Assembly: GCA_964648765.1 (NCBI GenBank)
Contig: CAZYLF010000001.1
Coordinates: forward strand, 480,632-544,631
Source: an uncultured Candidatus Saccharibacteria bacterium
GTDB taxonomy: Bacteria; Patescibacteriota; Minisyncoccia; Phycocordibacterales; JACOZG01
Direction: 5' to 3'
DNA: 64,000 nucleotides
Below, one piece after another: positions 39,173-47,449 of the stretch (its first letter is position 1; every line of letters starts with the position of its first letter). The position numbers and the translations under genes are program-made. The notes under the pieces are model-generated. The model was not told the DNA's origin. It saw only the letters and a program-made list of their open reading frames with translations, and did not search any database.

Positions 39173-39184
39173 AGATTTAATAGA

Positions 39185-40069
39185 TTATAGGCTATAATAT
39201 TGCATCGTTCTATGGATAAGTTGCTCCATATCACTAAAGCGTCCATCCACACTAGAGCCTAACACAATGGCCACAATTGGTTGAGCCAAACCTCGATCGA
39301 AGGCAATTACAAGATTACCTGATGCTACGTCAGTAAAACCAGTTTTAGAACCAATTAAACCTGGGATTTTACCTACTAACTTATTAGTATTTTGTCCTGA
39401 GTACGCGTTATGACTCAGTGATGTAACGTTTACGGCTTCATGAGTTGTGGCTTCAAAAATTTCCGGCTTATTTTTTAGAATATATGCAAAAAGACGACTT
39501 AGATCGTAAGCCGAACTCTGGGCGCTTGGTAGCTTGTCTAAATAATCAAGGCCGGTAGCGTTGGTGAAATATGTTTGATTTAAATTTAATTCTTTTGCGC
39601 GAGAGTTCATGACTTCACTTGGCGTGGCGTCGCTCGGAGAAAAGGCTTGGGCTAAAGCAAAAGCACCATCATTAGCTGAAGTTACTAAAGTAAAGTTTAG
39701 TAAATCATTAAGTTCCATTTTTTCTCCAACCGAAAAACCGTAATCACCAAATTGCCGAATGGCTTCAGCGGTGATCTCCACTTGGCTGTCAGTTTTAAGT
39801 CTCTCGCTGGCCACAAGAGCGGTCATGACTTTGGTAAGAGAGGCAATCGGCAACTGAGTATTAGAATTTTTACTATAAACAATTTCACCAGTTTCAGGAT
39901 CATACACAATTGCCGCTTTAGCTTCTAAATTTAGATCACGAAAGGCAATTTCACTAGCGCTTGGTTCATTGATAACTGTCTCAGCAGCTTTTGGTTTAAT
40001 AAAAAAAGAACCTACACCGATTAGTAGTAAAAGTAGGGCGACAGATTTAAATATTATTTGCGTTTTCAT
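39185..40069 (-). CDS. dacA: D-alanyl-D-alanine carboxypeptidase (S11, PBP5-like)
   Basis: Signal peptide; SLTK (SxxK), SAN (SxN), KTGFT (KTG) motifs. Confidence 0.8.
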   Translation of the reverse strand: MKTQIIFKSVALLLLLIGVGSFFIKPKAAETVINEPSASEIAFRDLNLEAKAAIVYDPETGEIVYSKNSNTQLPIASLTKVMTALVASERLKTDSQVEITAEAIRQFGDYGFSVGEKMELNDLLNFTLVTSANDGAFALAQAFSPSDATPSEVMNSRAKELNLNQTYFTNATGLDYLDKLPSAQSSAYDLSRLFAYILKNKPEIFEATTHEAVNVTSLSHNAYSGQNTNKLVGKIPGLIGSKTGFTDVASGNLVIAFDRGLAQPIVAIVLGSSVDGRFSDMEQLIHRTMQYYSL

Positions 40070-40646
40070 TTTCAGGATTTTCCTTTTTAGCTAAAAAGTC
40101 TTCTAGTTTACCTTGGAGTGTGTCGAATTCAGGAAGTTCGCTAATTTGTTTGATGCCCAAGTGCGAGAGTAGTTCAAAAGTTGGTTGGTAGAGAAAGCTG
40201 CGTGAGTCATTCGGGTTAGTAATGCGTTCCACTAACCCACGGATTTGCAGATGTCGGAGGGTGAAGGATGAATTAACGCCCCTGATATAATCAATCTCCG
40301 CGCGCCCTACGGGCGCGCGGTAAAGCACAATCGTCAGTGTCTCCAAACTTGCTTTCGATAGTTCACTAGATAATTCTTCCTTAGTTAAACTTTCAAAAAT
40401 GTTTGCTAAAACGGGCGCAGTGCCGAGTGTGACCTCGGCATCTTTACGGACCAAACAAAGCCCGCGATTGATAAGCGCCGCCTCAAGCTCCTTCAGTCCA
40501 TTCTCAATTTCATCTTTAGTTGCACTTAAACTTTTGGCTAAAAAGTCCACCGTCACCGGTTCGGCTTTCCAAAATAAAACGGCTTCAATTTTCCCCGTCA
40601 AGCTCATTTCCATGGCTTGAATTATAACCCTTTTCTCATTACTCAC
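40047..40646 (-). CDS. scpB: Segregation and condensation protein B
   Basis: Tandem winged-helix ScpB pattern IEAVLFW...LVR...DYIRGVNSSFTLRHLQIRGLV. Confidence 0.8.
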   Translation of the reverse strand: MSNEKRVIIQAMEMSLTGKIEAVLFWKAEPVTVDFLAKSLSATKDEIENGLKELEAALINRGLCLVRKDAEVTLGTAPVLANIFESLTKEELSSELSKASLETLTIVLYRAPVGRAEIDYIRGVNSSFTLRHLQIRGLVERITNPNDSRSFLYQPTFELLSHLGIKQISELPEFDTLQGKLEDFLAKKENPENENANNI

Positions 40647-40650
40647 AGTC

Positions 40651-40679
40651 TTGACAAATAATAACTAATTTACTACGAT
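40651..40679 (+). promoter_or_regulatory. Promoter of the TTGACAAAT family (TTGACA-17nt-TACGAT)
   Basis: TCTTGACAAATAA at 40649-40661; drives small ORF 40764..40964. Confidence 0.4.
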
Positions 40680-40763
40680 TCTGAATAGAGATGATAGGAC
40701 AATCTGCGTTGATTGCTTCACAAAAACTATTGTTTGAAATCTGTTTGATATGGGGAGATCAAA

Positions 40764-40964
40764 ATGAAATGGACCCTGAGAAATGTAATCATTTTCTTTC
40801 CAATAATTAGTTTAAGTTTTGCTATCGGTGCTTTTTTAGGTCTTTTTGTCTGGGAGCATATTCCTAATGCGGTATCTCCTGTTGCGTATGTGACCGTTTT
40901 CGGTCTCGTGGGAGCAATCATTGGAACATCAGTTTCCCTATGGTGGATTCTCTCACGTAGGTGA
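40764..40964 (+). CDS. Small 2-TM membrane protein (66 aa) inserted between scpA and scpB on the opposite strand
   Basis: GGGGAGA RBS before ATG; two hydrophobic helices. Confidence 0.45.
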   Translation: MKWTLRNVIIFFPIISLSFAIGAFLGLFVWEHIPNAVSPVAYVTVFGLVGAIIGTSVSLWWILSRR

Positions 40965-41086
40965 GCTGGTGAAAATCCCGACCACCAACAAACATCCCTC
41001 GTTGTTAGCTAGCGATAGCAAAACAGTGAGGGTGTTTTTTATTCTTAAACTTTTCTCTATAAGATCCAAAGTCGATTTAAAATACT

Positions 41087-41818
41087 TTAGTATCTCGGCA
41101 CAGAGCTTGAGTTCAAATTCTCGATACTTATGTCGGAGAAGTGGGCATCTTGGCGCACATCCACAATCCCCTGCTTAACCAACTCAAGCATGCCTAGAAA
41201 TGAGACGATGATATTTACCCTATCCTTTTTATCTGCTACAAATTGCCCAAAATTCATTTTAAAAGCTGACTGCACGCGCGTGGCCAGATCCTGCATCACC
41301 TCCTCTAAACTTAAAATTTTCTTCACAATCACCTGCGGAATAATTTCTGCGATGGGCAAACTGGCAATTAAACCTTTTAACAAATTAGTTAAATTCTCCA
41401 AACTAATTAATTTAGTGGGAGTGAACACTGGCGTGCGGTCACTGGCGCCTTGGCGGAAATTAATTTTGGCGGGACCATATAGACCTTTCACATTTACACT
41501 TAAATTTTTAATTTTTTGGTAAATTCTTAAACGATTCTCTAGATCCTCAATACTCGCCTTCTCCTCCTCCGTTACCTGGATGTTAGGTAAAAGGGAAATT
41601 GATTTGATCAGCATCAAGGTTGCTGCGACCATAATAAAGTTGGCCATCTCACCCATCGGCTTTTGTTCACCAAGACCATTTAAATAGCTCACATAACTAT
41701 CCGCCACGAGCGCCAGTGACACCTCGCTAATATGTAATTTCCGCTTTTCAATCAAATCCAAAAGCAAAGGCAACGGCCCCTCAAACTCCCCTACTTTAGT
41801 CTTAAATTCCACGTCCAT
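41087..41818 (-). CDS. scpA: Segregation and condensation protein A
   Basis: FEGPLPLLLDLIEKRKLHISEVSLALVADSYVSYL is a typical ScpA N-terminus. Confidence 0.85.
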   Translation of the reverse strand: MDVEFKTKVGEFEGPLPLLLDLIEKRKLHISEVSLALVADSYVSYLNGLGEQKPMGEMANFIMVAATLMLIKSISLLPNIQVTEEEKASIEDLENRLRIYQKIKNLSVNVKGLYGPAKINFRQGASDRTPVFTPTKLISLENLTNLLKGLIASLPIAEIIPQVIVKKILSLEEVMQDLATRVQSAFKMNFGQFVADKKDRVNIIVSFLGMLELVKQGIVDVRQDAHFSDISIENLNSSSVPRY

Positions 41819-41874
41819 AATTATTACCCTAAATTATAACTTTATTTAATCTTTTCGCCGATACTTGACAAATG

Positions 41875-41903
41875 TTAACCAACATGCTAAGCTCCAAGCG
41901 GAT
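41875..41903 (+). promoter_or_regulatory. Promoter of the TTGACAAAT family (TTGACA-17nt-TAAGCT)
   Basis: ACTTGACAAATGTTAA at 41873-41888. Confidence 0.45.
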
Positions 41904-41979
41904 TGTCAAACGTGCCTATAGATAGGATCGAAGTCTTATTTTAAAAGCACATATAGTTAAAATTAACAGGAGATTCGTC

Positions 41980-42261
41980 GTGAAATGGCTTGTTGCTTGT
42001 TCGATAGCGCTGATTGCAGTGACGTTTTTTTATCTGGGATCGTGGGTGAGCAGCTCAAATTCAACTTCTCAAACTATTGTCAAAGTTGCCAACAACATGG
42101 ATGCTGAGATCCCCTACCTGAAACAGAGAACGGTCGTTAAGATTGAGGGGATTGGACTGAGAGAGCTAGTCTGCGAGGGAAAGGAGCTCGGTAATGAGTG
42201 CCGGGTTTTGTTTTCACCAGTCCCGTTGGGGCCTCGAGCTCAGACTTTTCCCTGGGGTTAA
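41980..42261 (+). CDS. Small secreted/membrane-anchored Cys-containing protein (93 aa)
   Basis: AGGAGA RBS, GTG start, N-terminal signal-like helix, two Cys (CEGKELGNEC). Confidence 0.45.
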   Translation: MKWLVACSIALIAVTFFYLGSWVSSSNSTSQTIVKVANNMDAEIPYLKQRTVVKIEGIGLRELVCEGKELGNECRVLFSPVPLGPRAQTFPWG

Positions 42262-42354
42262 ATCGTTCACCGCCTGCTCTCGTGCCAAAGTGAATCAGCT
42301 GGAGTGTTCAGAAGATGATTGAACATTGGCAGCGTTACAGAAAGGAAACTGATC

Positions 42355-42540
42355 ATGAAAAACTCACCAGCTGTGTTTTTCAATTCTGCTTTAGTTCTTT
42401 CTGGGCTCTGTGCTGGAATGAACTGTCGGGCAGACATTGTAGCAAAGTTCTTAACAGTATTTCTTGGAATCTGGGCAGTAGGGTCGTTTACAATGGCAGC
42501 TGCCCATCTGATCGCAAATGCGATTAAAGAAAAGAAGTAA
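42355..42540 (+). CDS. Small 2-TM membrane protein (61 aa); paralog of 43423..43620
   Basis: AGGAAA RBS; pattern A(V/I)FF...AKF..VF...WA.GS...I..AI..KK is shared with the downstream paralog. Confidence 0.45.
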   Translation: MKNSPAVFFNSALVLSGLCAGMNCRADIVAKFLTVFLGIWAVGSFTMAAAHLIANAIKEKK

Positions 42541-42566
42541 AGAGGCCACTGACGAAGCTTTATGCA

Positions 42567-42636
42567 AAGGCGCTCGGATGAATAATCCAAGCGCCTTTTT
42601 TATTTCCCGATTTTTATGCCTAACTCTTTAAGTTGC
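42567..42636. repeat. Duplicated segment: terminator hairpin + relic of the aspS 3' end (copy of 43648..43712)
   Basis: About 85% identity to 43648-43712. The minus strand would still encode ...QLKELGIKIGK* (the aspS C-terminus) but has no upstream ORF. Confidence 0.7.
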
Positions 42637-42728
42637 CCACATAACTACTCGTTACCGAAGCCAGTAACACATCAAAAATATGCAATTATTAGCTTAAATT
42701 ATACCCTTTTCAGCCATTTCCACAGCTA

Positions 42729-42757
42729 TTGACAAATAACAAACTATTTGCTATCAT
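42729..42757 (+). promoter_or_regulatory. Promoter of the TTGACAAAT family (TTGACA-17nt-TATCAT)
   Basis: TATTGACAAATAACAA at 42727-42742. Confidence 0.5.
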
Positions 42758-42825
42758 TGTGTTTGGAAATTTACTGGTTGATACCAGTTTGGACATACCA
42801 TCTGAAAGCCGAAAGGAAACCTTGC

Positions 42826-43014
42826 ATGTATTTTATTTTTGGAATAGTCTGCGCTATCTGGTCCGGAAATTCTTACCTTAATCACAACTACCCGCTTTGC
42901 ATTATAATGGCGTTGATTTCCATCGGGCTGTTCATCTCTAGTGGCGCAATGAAAATTTCAGACGCTATTGAGTACGCAGCATCAGAAAAGTCGGAAGAGG
43001 AATCTGAAGAATAG
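42826..43014 (+). CDS. Small 2-TM membrane protein (62 aa) with acidic C-terminus
   Basis: AGGAAA RBS; ATG at 42826; terminator follows. Confidence 0.45.
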   Translation: MYFIFGIVCAIWSGNSYLNHNYPLCIIMALISIGLFISSGAMKISDAIEYAASEKSEEESEE

Positions 43015-43030
43015 GTTACTCAAAAAAACA

Positions 43031-43066
43031 GGCGCCGGTCGTTATACACGATTCGGCGCCTTTCAT
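43031..43066 (+). terminator. Rho-independent terminator
   Basis: GGCGCCG...CGGCGCC stem followed by TTTCAT. Confidence 0.55.
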
Positions 43067-43074
43067 ATTGAACG

Positions 43075-43102
43075 TTGACAAACTACGTGTAAATGATATT
43101 AA
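43075..43102 (+). promoter_or_regulatory. Promoter of the TTGACAAA family (TTGACA-16nt-TATTAA)
   Basis: CGTTGACAAACTACG at 43073-43087. Confidence 0.4.
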
Positions 43103-43138
43103 GTAATGAGTCAGTTATTTTGAAAGGACAGGTGAGCC

Positions 43139-43390
43139 ATGACTTCAGATGCATTTGGTTTGGGTCTGCAAATTACGGGAGGAATATTGCTCTCAGTTGG
43201 GGCAGCGGGTATCCCTCTTTGTATCCTTTTCGCAATCTACCGTAAGCCGAAGTTTGGTGTATCGTTTGAGCCATTAGCCATGGTCATACTGTGTGTGGTT
43301 CTTTCATTCATCGGTGCCGTTGTGCTTCAAACTAGGGCATCAATGATGAAAAAAATTGCAGCTCAAGCTGAAAACAAACAAGTTGAATAG
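43139..43390 (+). CDS. Small 2-TM membrane protein (83 aa)
   Basis: AGGACAGGTGAG RBS; two hydrophobic helices. Confidence 0.45.
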   Translation: MTSDAFGLGLQITGGILLSVGAAGIPLCILFAIYRKPKFGVSFEPLAMVILCVVLSFIGAVVLQTRASMMKKIAAQAENKQVE

Positions 43391-43422
43391 TTGAGCGGAA
43401 ATTTCTTGAGAAGGGAGAAAAA

Positions 43423-43620
43423 ATGAGAGGCAAAGACCATGCAATTTTTTTCTGGATTTTGGGTTTCTTGCTTTCTATCGGTAGTGCTACTGTACATTGC
43501 GCCTGGGATGATAGTAGTGCCGCAAAATTTTTTTCAGTATTCTGGGCACTATGGGCACTTGGATCCTATTGCAAAGCTGTCTCAATTGAGATTGTTGGTG
43601 CGATTCAATCAAAAAAATGA
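43423..43620 (+). CDS. Small 2-TM membrane protein (65 aa); paralog of 42355..42540
   Basis: GGGAGAAAAAATG RBS; shared sequence pattern with 42355..42540. Confidence 0.45.
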   Translation: MRGKDHAIFFWILGFLLSIGSATVHCAWDDSSAAKFFSVFWALWALGSYCKAVSIEIVGAIQSKK

Positions 43621-43644
43621 GTTTTAGCACAAAACAAGCATGCA

Positions 43645-43677
43645 GACGCGCTCGGATGAATAATCCGGGCGCTTTTT
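43645..43677. terminator. Bidirectional terminator shared by the small gene (+) and aspS (-)
   Basis: GCGCTCGG...CCGGGCGC stem, T-run on + and A-run upstream. Confidence 0.6.
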
Positions 43678-45075
43678 TTATTTCCCAATTTTAATCCCTA
43701 ATTCTTTAAGTTGTTTAGCTTCAATTTCTGACGGGGCGTTCATCATTAAGTCGCGACCTTCGCCGGTTTTGGGGAAGGCGATCACTTCACGGATGTTAGG
43801 CTCACCTGCTAGTAAGGTCACGAGACGGTCGAGTCCCCAAGCAATACCACCGTGAGGTGGCGCGCCGGAACCAAGCGCCTTCAACATATGGCCGAAGTTC
43901 GCCTCAATCCGCTCATCGCTGTAACCTAAAATTTTGAAAACTTGTTTAAGCATTTCTGGTTTATGATTGCGGATACTCCCGCCACCAATTTCAAAACCAT
44001 TTAATGCCACGTCGTATTGAGTGGTTAAGATATCACCAATTCCCTCGCCTTTGCTTAACGCTTCTTCATGTTCTGGCGTAGCGCGTGAGAATGGATTGTG
44101 AGTAAAAGTCCACGAACCATCATCCGCTTTTTCAAAAAATGGGAAATCGATAACCCAACAAAAGGCAAGTAAATTCGGATCCTCTTTATTTTCCCTCATA
44201 TCTGGACGGTCAGTGCCATATTTACTCATCGCTTCTTTGTAAGTAATCCGAGGGAAGGGTACGGTTTGGATTTTCTTCTCCGGCATTAATTCCGCCACAA
44301 TTTTAATTAAAAGTTCTTCATTAAGTGCCATCACATCTTCACGATTCACAAAGCTCATCTCGAGGTCGAGTTGAGTAAACTCCGGTTGACGGTCACCACG
44401 CGTATCTTCATCGCGGAAGCAGCGCGCGATTTGGAAGTAACGTTCAAGCCCCGCCACCATTAGGAGTTGCTTGTATTGCTGTGGAGATTGAGGTAAAGCA
44501 TAAAATTTGCCGGTGTAGAGACGCGAAGGCACCACGTAATCCCGCGCGCCTTCTGGCGTACTCTTAGTAAGCACTGGTGTTTCCACTTCAGTAAAGTTTT
44601 TAGAAGAAAGGTGATCTCGAATGAGCTTTGTGATTTTGTGTCTCAAGCGTAAATTTTTCTGCATTCGCTCTCGGCGTAAATCTAGATAACGACTCTCAAG
44701 TCGTAGCTCCTCGCCCACTTCACGACCATCAGTGCCAATGTCGAACACAGGCGTTGTCGCCTCGTTTAGCACTTCAATTGCTAAAATTTCAAGCTCAATA
44801 TCGCCGTTAACTTTATCTTTTTGAATATTTTTCTCGGGGCGTTTGTTGACCTTACCCTGCACGCTCACCACCCATTCGGTGCGCAACTTCTCACCCACTG
44901 CGTGAGCGTCTTTGGCATTAGGAAGAATAACCCCCTGCACAGTGCCGGAAGTATCGCGGAAGTCGAAGAAGATCATCTTGCCCTGATCGCGCCTCACGGC
45001 CACCCAGCCGGAGATCTTAACCTCCTCACCCACGTGTTTATTTAACTCACCAATCATTGTTCGTTCCATGTTCAA
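43678..45075 (-). CDS. aspS: Aspartyl-tRNA synthetase (short bacterial form, no GAD insertion)
   Basis: OB-fold N-terminus; class II motifs FRDED, GGGSIR, GLDRL; 465 aa. Confidence 0.9.
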   Translation of the reverse strand: MNMERTMIGELNKHVGEEVKISGWVAVRRDQGKMIFFDFRDTSGTVQGVILPNAKDAHAVGEKLRTEWVVSVQGKVNKRPEKNIQKDKVNGDIELEILAIEVLNEATTPVFDIGTDGREVGEELRLESRYLDLRRERMQKNLRLRHKITKLIRDHLSSKNFTEVETPVLTKSTPEGARDYVVPSRLYTGKFYALPQSPQQYKQLLMVAGLERYFQIARCFRDEDTRGDRQPEFTQLDLEMSFVNREDVMALNEELLIKIVAELMPEKKIQTVPFPRITYKEAMSKYGTDRPDMRENKEDPNLLAFCWVIDFPFFEKADDGSWTFTHNPFSRATPEHEEALSKGEGIGDILTTQYDVALNGFEIGGGSIRNHKPEMLKQVFKILGYSDERIEANFGHMLKALGSGAPPHGGIAWGLDRLVTLLAGEPNIREVIAFPKTGEGRDLMMNAPSEIEAKQLKELGIKIGK

Positions 45076-45088
45076 TATATTATAGAAT

Positions 45089-46087
45089 TTAATTCACCCC
45101 CACAAGTTCGCGCACTTTTTTCATCTTTGTATCAGCTACTTGCTTTGCCTTCTCTCCTCCCAACTCTAAAATCTTCCTAATCTTATCTGTGTCCTTTGCA
45201 ATCTCCTCCCGTCGTGCGCGAAGTGGCGCAAGAAATGCATTTAAATTTTTAAACAAAATCTCCTTAGATTCTTTATAACCAATCCCGCCTTCCACGTACC
45301 TTTTCTTCAATTCCGGCAAATCATTTTGGCTAACTAATTTATGTAAAGCATACACATTGCACTCTTCAGGATTCTTCGGCTCCTCGGGCGTTTTAGAATC
45401 AGTTTTAATACTCATTACTAATTGTTTTAGCTCCGTCTCGTTTACGAAAAGTGGAATGGTATTTTTATAACTCTTACTCATCTTCTGACCGTCGAGTCCG
45501 GGCACCACGGCTACGTCTGGCATGATGAGCGGTTCAGGTAATTTAAAGCCTTCGCCATACACGCGATTAAACTTCTCCGCTGTGTCGCGAGCGATCTCAA
45601 TGTGTTGCTTCTGATCCGCGCCCACTGGCACCACGTCAGCATCGTAGAGTAAAATGTCAGCCGACATGAGCAATGGGTAATCAAAGAGCCCCACGCTCAC
45701 TTCATGATTTTTAGCTTCCGCATCCTTAAACGCATGCGCGCGCATTAAGTAAGGCATGGTGGTGAGACAATTGAAGATCCATGTGAGTTCCGTATGTGCC
45801 GGCACGGATGATTGTTTAAAAAGTGTGACTTTTTCTGGATCCAAACCAATTGCGAGATAATCAATCGCGAGATCAAGAGTGTCTTGGCGTAATTCTGCCG
45901 CATTTTGCTCTTTTGTAATTGAGTGGTAGTCAGCCAGCATAAAAAAGCAATTATAATTATCTTGCAGGTCCACAAATTGCTTCATCGCGCCGAAATAATT
46001 GCCCACATGTGGCCGACCAGTGGGCTTTACGCCGGAAAGGAGAATCTTTTTATCAGAATTCATGATTTTAATCATAACAAACTTCAA
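45089..46087 (-). CDS. trpS: Tryptophanyl-tRNA synthetase
   Basis: SGVKPTGRPHVGNY (HIGH-type) and KMSKS motifs. Confidence 0.9.
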   Translation of the reverse strand: MKFVMIKIMNSDKKILLSGVKPTGRPHVGNYFGAMKQFVDLQDNYNCFFMLADYHSITKEQNAAELRQDTLDLAIDYLAIGLDPEKVTLFKQSSVPAHTELTWIFNCLTTMPYLMRAHAFKDAEAKNHEVSVGLFDYPLLMSADILLYDADVVPVGADQKQHIEIARDTAEKFNRVYGEGFKLPEPLIMPDVAVVPGLDGQKMSKSYKNTIPLFVNETELKQLVMSIKTDSKTPEEPKNPEECNVYALHKLVSQNDLPELKKRYVEGGIGYKESKEILFKNLNAFLAPLRARREEIAKDTDKIRKILELGGEKAKQVADTKMKKVRELVGVN

Positions 46088-46099
46088 GCCTCGCCAATA

Positions 46100-46128
46100 T
46101 TGACAAATAAACAGTAGTATGCTAACCT
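46100..46128 (+). promoter_or_regulatory. Promoter of the TTGACAAAT family (TTGACA-17nt-TAACCT)
   Basis: TATTGACAAATAAACA at 46098-46113. Confidence 0.5.
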
Positions 46129-46223
46129 ATATGCAGTTGGTTAGAGAAGAGTGGAATATGGCTCTGATGAGCCGTTCTCTAGCCTAGTCGCCTCAATGAT
46201 TGAGGCTTTGACAGGAGAATATC

Positions 46224-46988
46224 ATGCAGTTCATCAAGAGGTTTGGTGTTTGTATCGCGGTACTTTCCGCGGTCGTGCTTTCCGGGGGGTTGCAGAAGGC
46301 GACTGCAAATCCGGTGTACATGAGCTCGGGGTACGGAACTGACGGTTCCGGCAGTGGCCACATGGACGGTCAGACGATTGTTCCGTACCGAGTTCACAAC
46401 TCGGTGCAGGTTACCCCGTTTTATAACGGTGACAATCAGCTCATCGGCGCCAACTGGTATGCGAGTTTGACTATGGAAGGTTCACTGAACAGCGATGGCA
46501 CGATTACGCAGGAAATGCGTGATCTCGCGGCCAATCAGATGAACATCCATTCTCACTATCGCATCAACCAAATCAATTTCGTCGAGGGTGATGAATATGG
46601 ATACTATCTCATTGATGGTATTGCAGAAGTCATTCTTGACGGGAGCGTCGGCGCCAACATCTACACATACACAGACGGTGGTGGCAAGGGTGTAATGGGC
46701 CTCGGAGAAACTTTCGAGTCTTACGTTGGGTACATGAATGCTAACGTTAACGTCAACGGTCCTGGTATGTCCATCGATAACATTTCGATGCACTTCCGCG
46801 AGTACCAAGACGGGAACGTGCCGAAGCCCGACTGGTGGGGTGGTGATTATGCCGCTGATATTGACATCAGCGGGTATGTGGATTTCGCCGGTGGTGGTCT
46901 TGGGATCAGCCGTGTCGTTGTTCCCGAGCCGGCTTCATTAGCGCTCCTTTTGATCGGCGCTGTGGCTGGACTACGCCGCAAGAAGTAA
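46224..46988 (+). CDS. Secreted PEP-CTERM-anchored protein (high-GC gene)
   Basis: N-terminal signal peptide; Gly/Asn-rich beta-type body; C-terminal VPEPASLALLLIGAVAGLRRKK equals the PEP motif plus TM plus basic tail. GC is clearly above the genome background. Confidence 0.7.
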   Translation: MQFIKRFGVCIAVLSAVVLSGGLQKATANPVYMSSGYGTDGSGSGHMDGQTIVPYRVHNSVQVTPFYNGDNQLIGANWYASLTMEGSLNSDGTITQEMRDLAANQMNIHSHYRINQINFVEGDEYGYYLIDGIAEVILDGSVGANIYTYTDGGGKGVMGLGETFESYVGYMNANVNVNGPGMSIDNISMHFREYQDGNVPKPDWWGGDYAADIDISGYVDFAGGGLGISRVVVPEPASLALLLIGAVAGLRRKK

Positions 46989-47032
46989 TGGAGGGGGGAA
47001 GCACCTAGCTTAATGGGGGTTAGCTAGGCAAG

Positions 47033-47076
47033 GCGGCCGGTGTGAGGATTTATCCTTGCACTGGCCGTTTTTTTAT
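47033..47076 (+). terminator. Rho-independent terminator
   Basis: CGGCCGGTG...CACTGGCCG stem followed by TTTTTTT. Confidence 0.65.
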
Positions 47077-47127
47077 GGTAGAGTACTTCCAGTTGGTTTT
47101 TCCCAGTTCTTTTGAAAGGAGTCTACA

Positions 47128-47397
47128 GTGAAGAAACCATCGGCCTTTGGGATGTCTCCCACAATGATTTTGTTTTTTATAATTTTTGTTATCATAGCTG
47201 GTGTGATCACAGGCTGTGATCGGGAGTTGGTAACCTACTACTATCCTATCCCCTCGTATTATGATGATACGGCGTATGAGGTTGTGGACATTGTAGATAT
47301 TCATTATGTGCCGTATGATCCATTTTTCTACTCTGAGATCCATTACTACGATGATTGCCCTTACGACCTATTCTATTGCAAGCAAATAAAAAAATGA
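47128..47397 (+). CDS. Small Tyr/Asp-rich putative lipoprotein (89 aa)
   Basis: AAGGAG RBS, GTG start, signal peptide ending ...VITGC (lipobox-like), Y/D-rich mature part with Cys. Confidence 0.4.
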   Translation: MKKPSAFGMSPTMILFFIIFVIIAGVITGCDRELVTYYYPIPSYYDDTAYEVVDIVDIHYVPYDPFFYSEIHYYDDCPYDLFYCKQIKK

Positions 47398-47449
47398 GTC
47401 GTGATGTGGTTGACCAAGCTCCCCAAACTTTAAGTGCGGGGAGCTTTTC

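Noticed and set aside
46151-46397. Small ORFs (63 aa +, 72 aa -) overlapping the start of the PEP-CTERM gene
   Set aside because: They overlap the AGGAGA RBS and signal-peptide region of the well-formed PEP-CTERM gene; likely high-GC artefacts.
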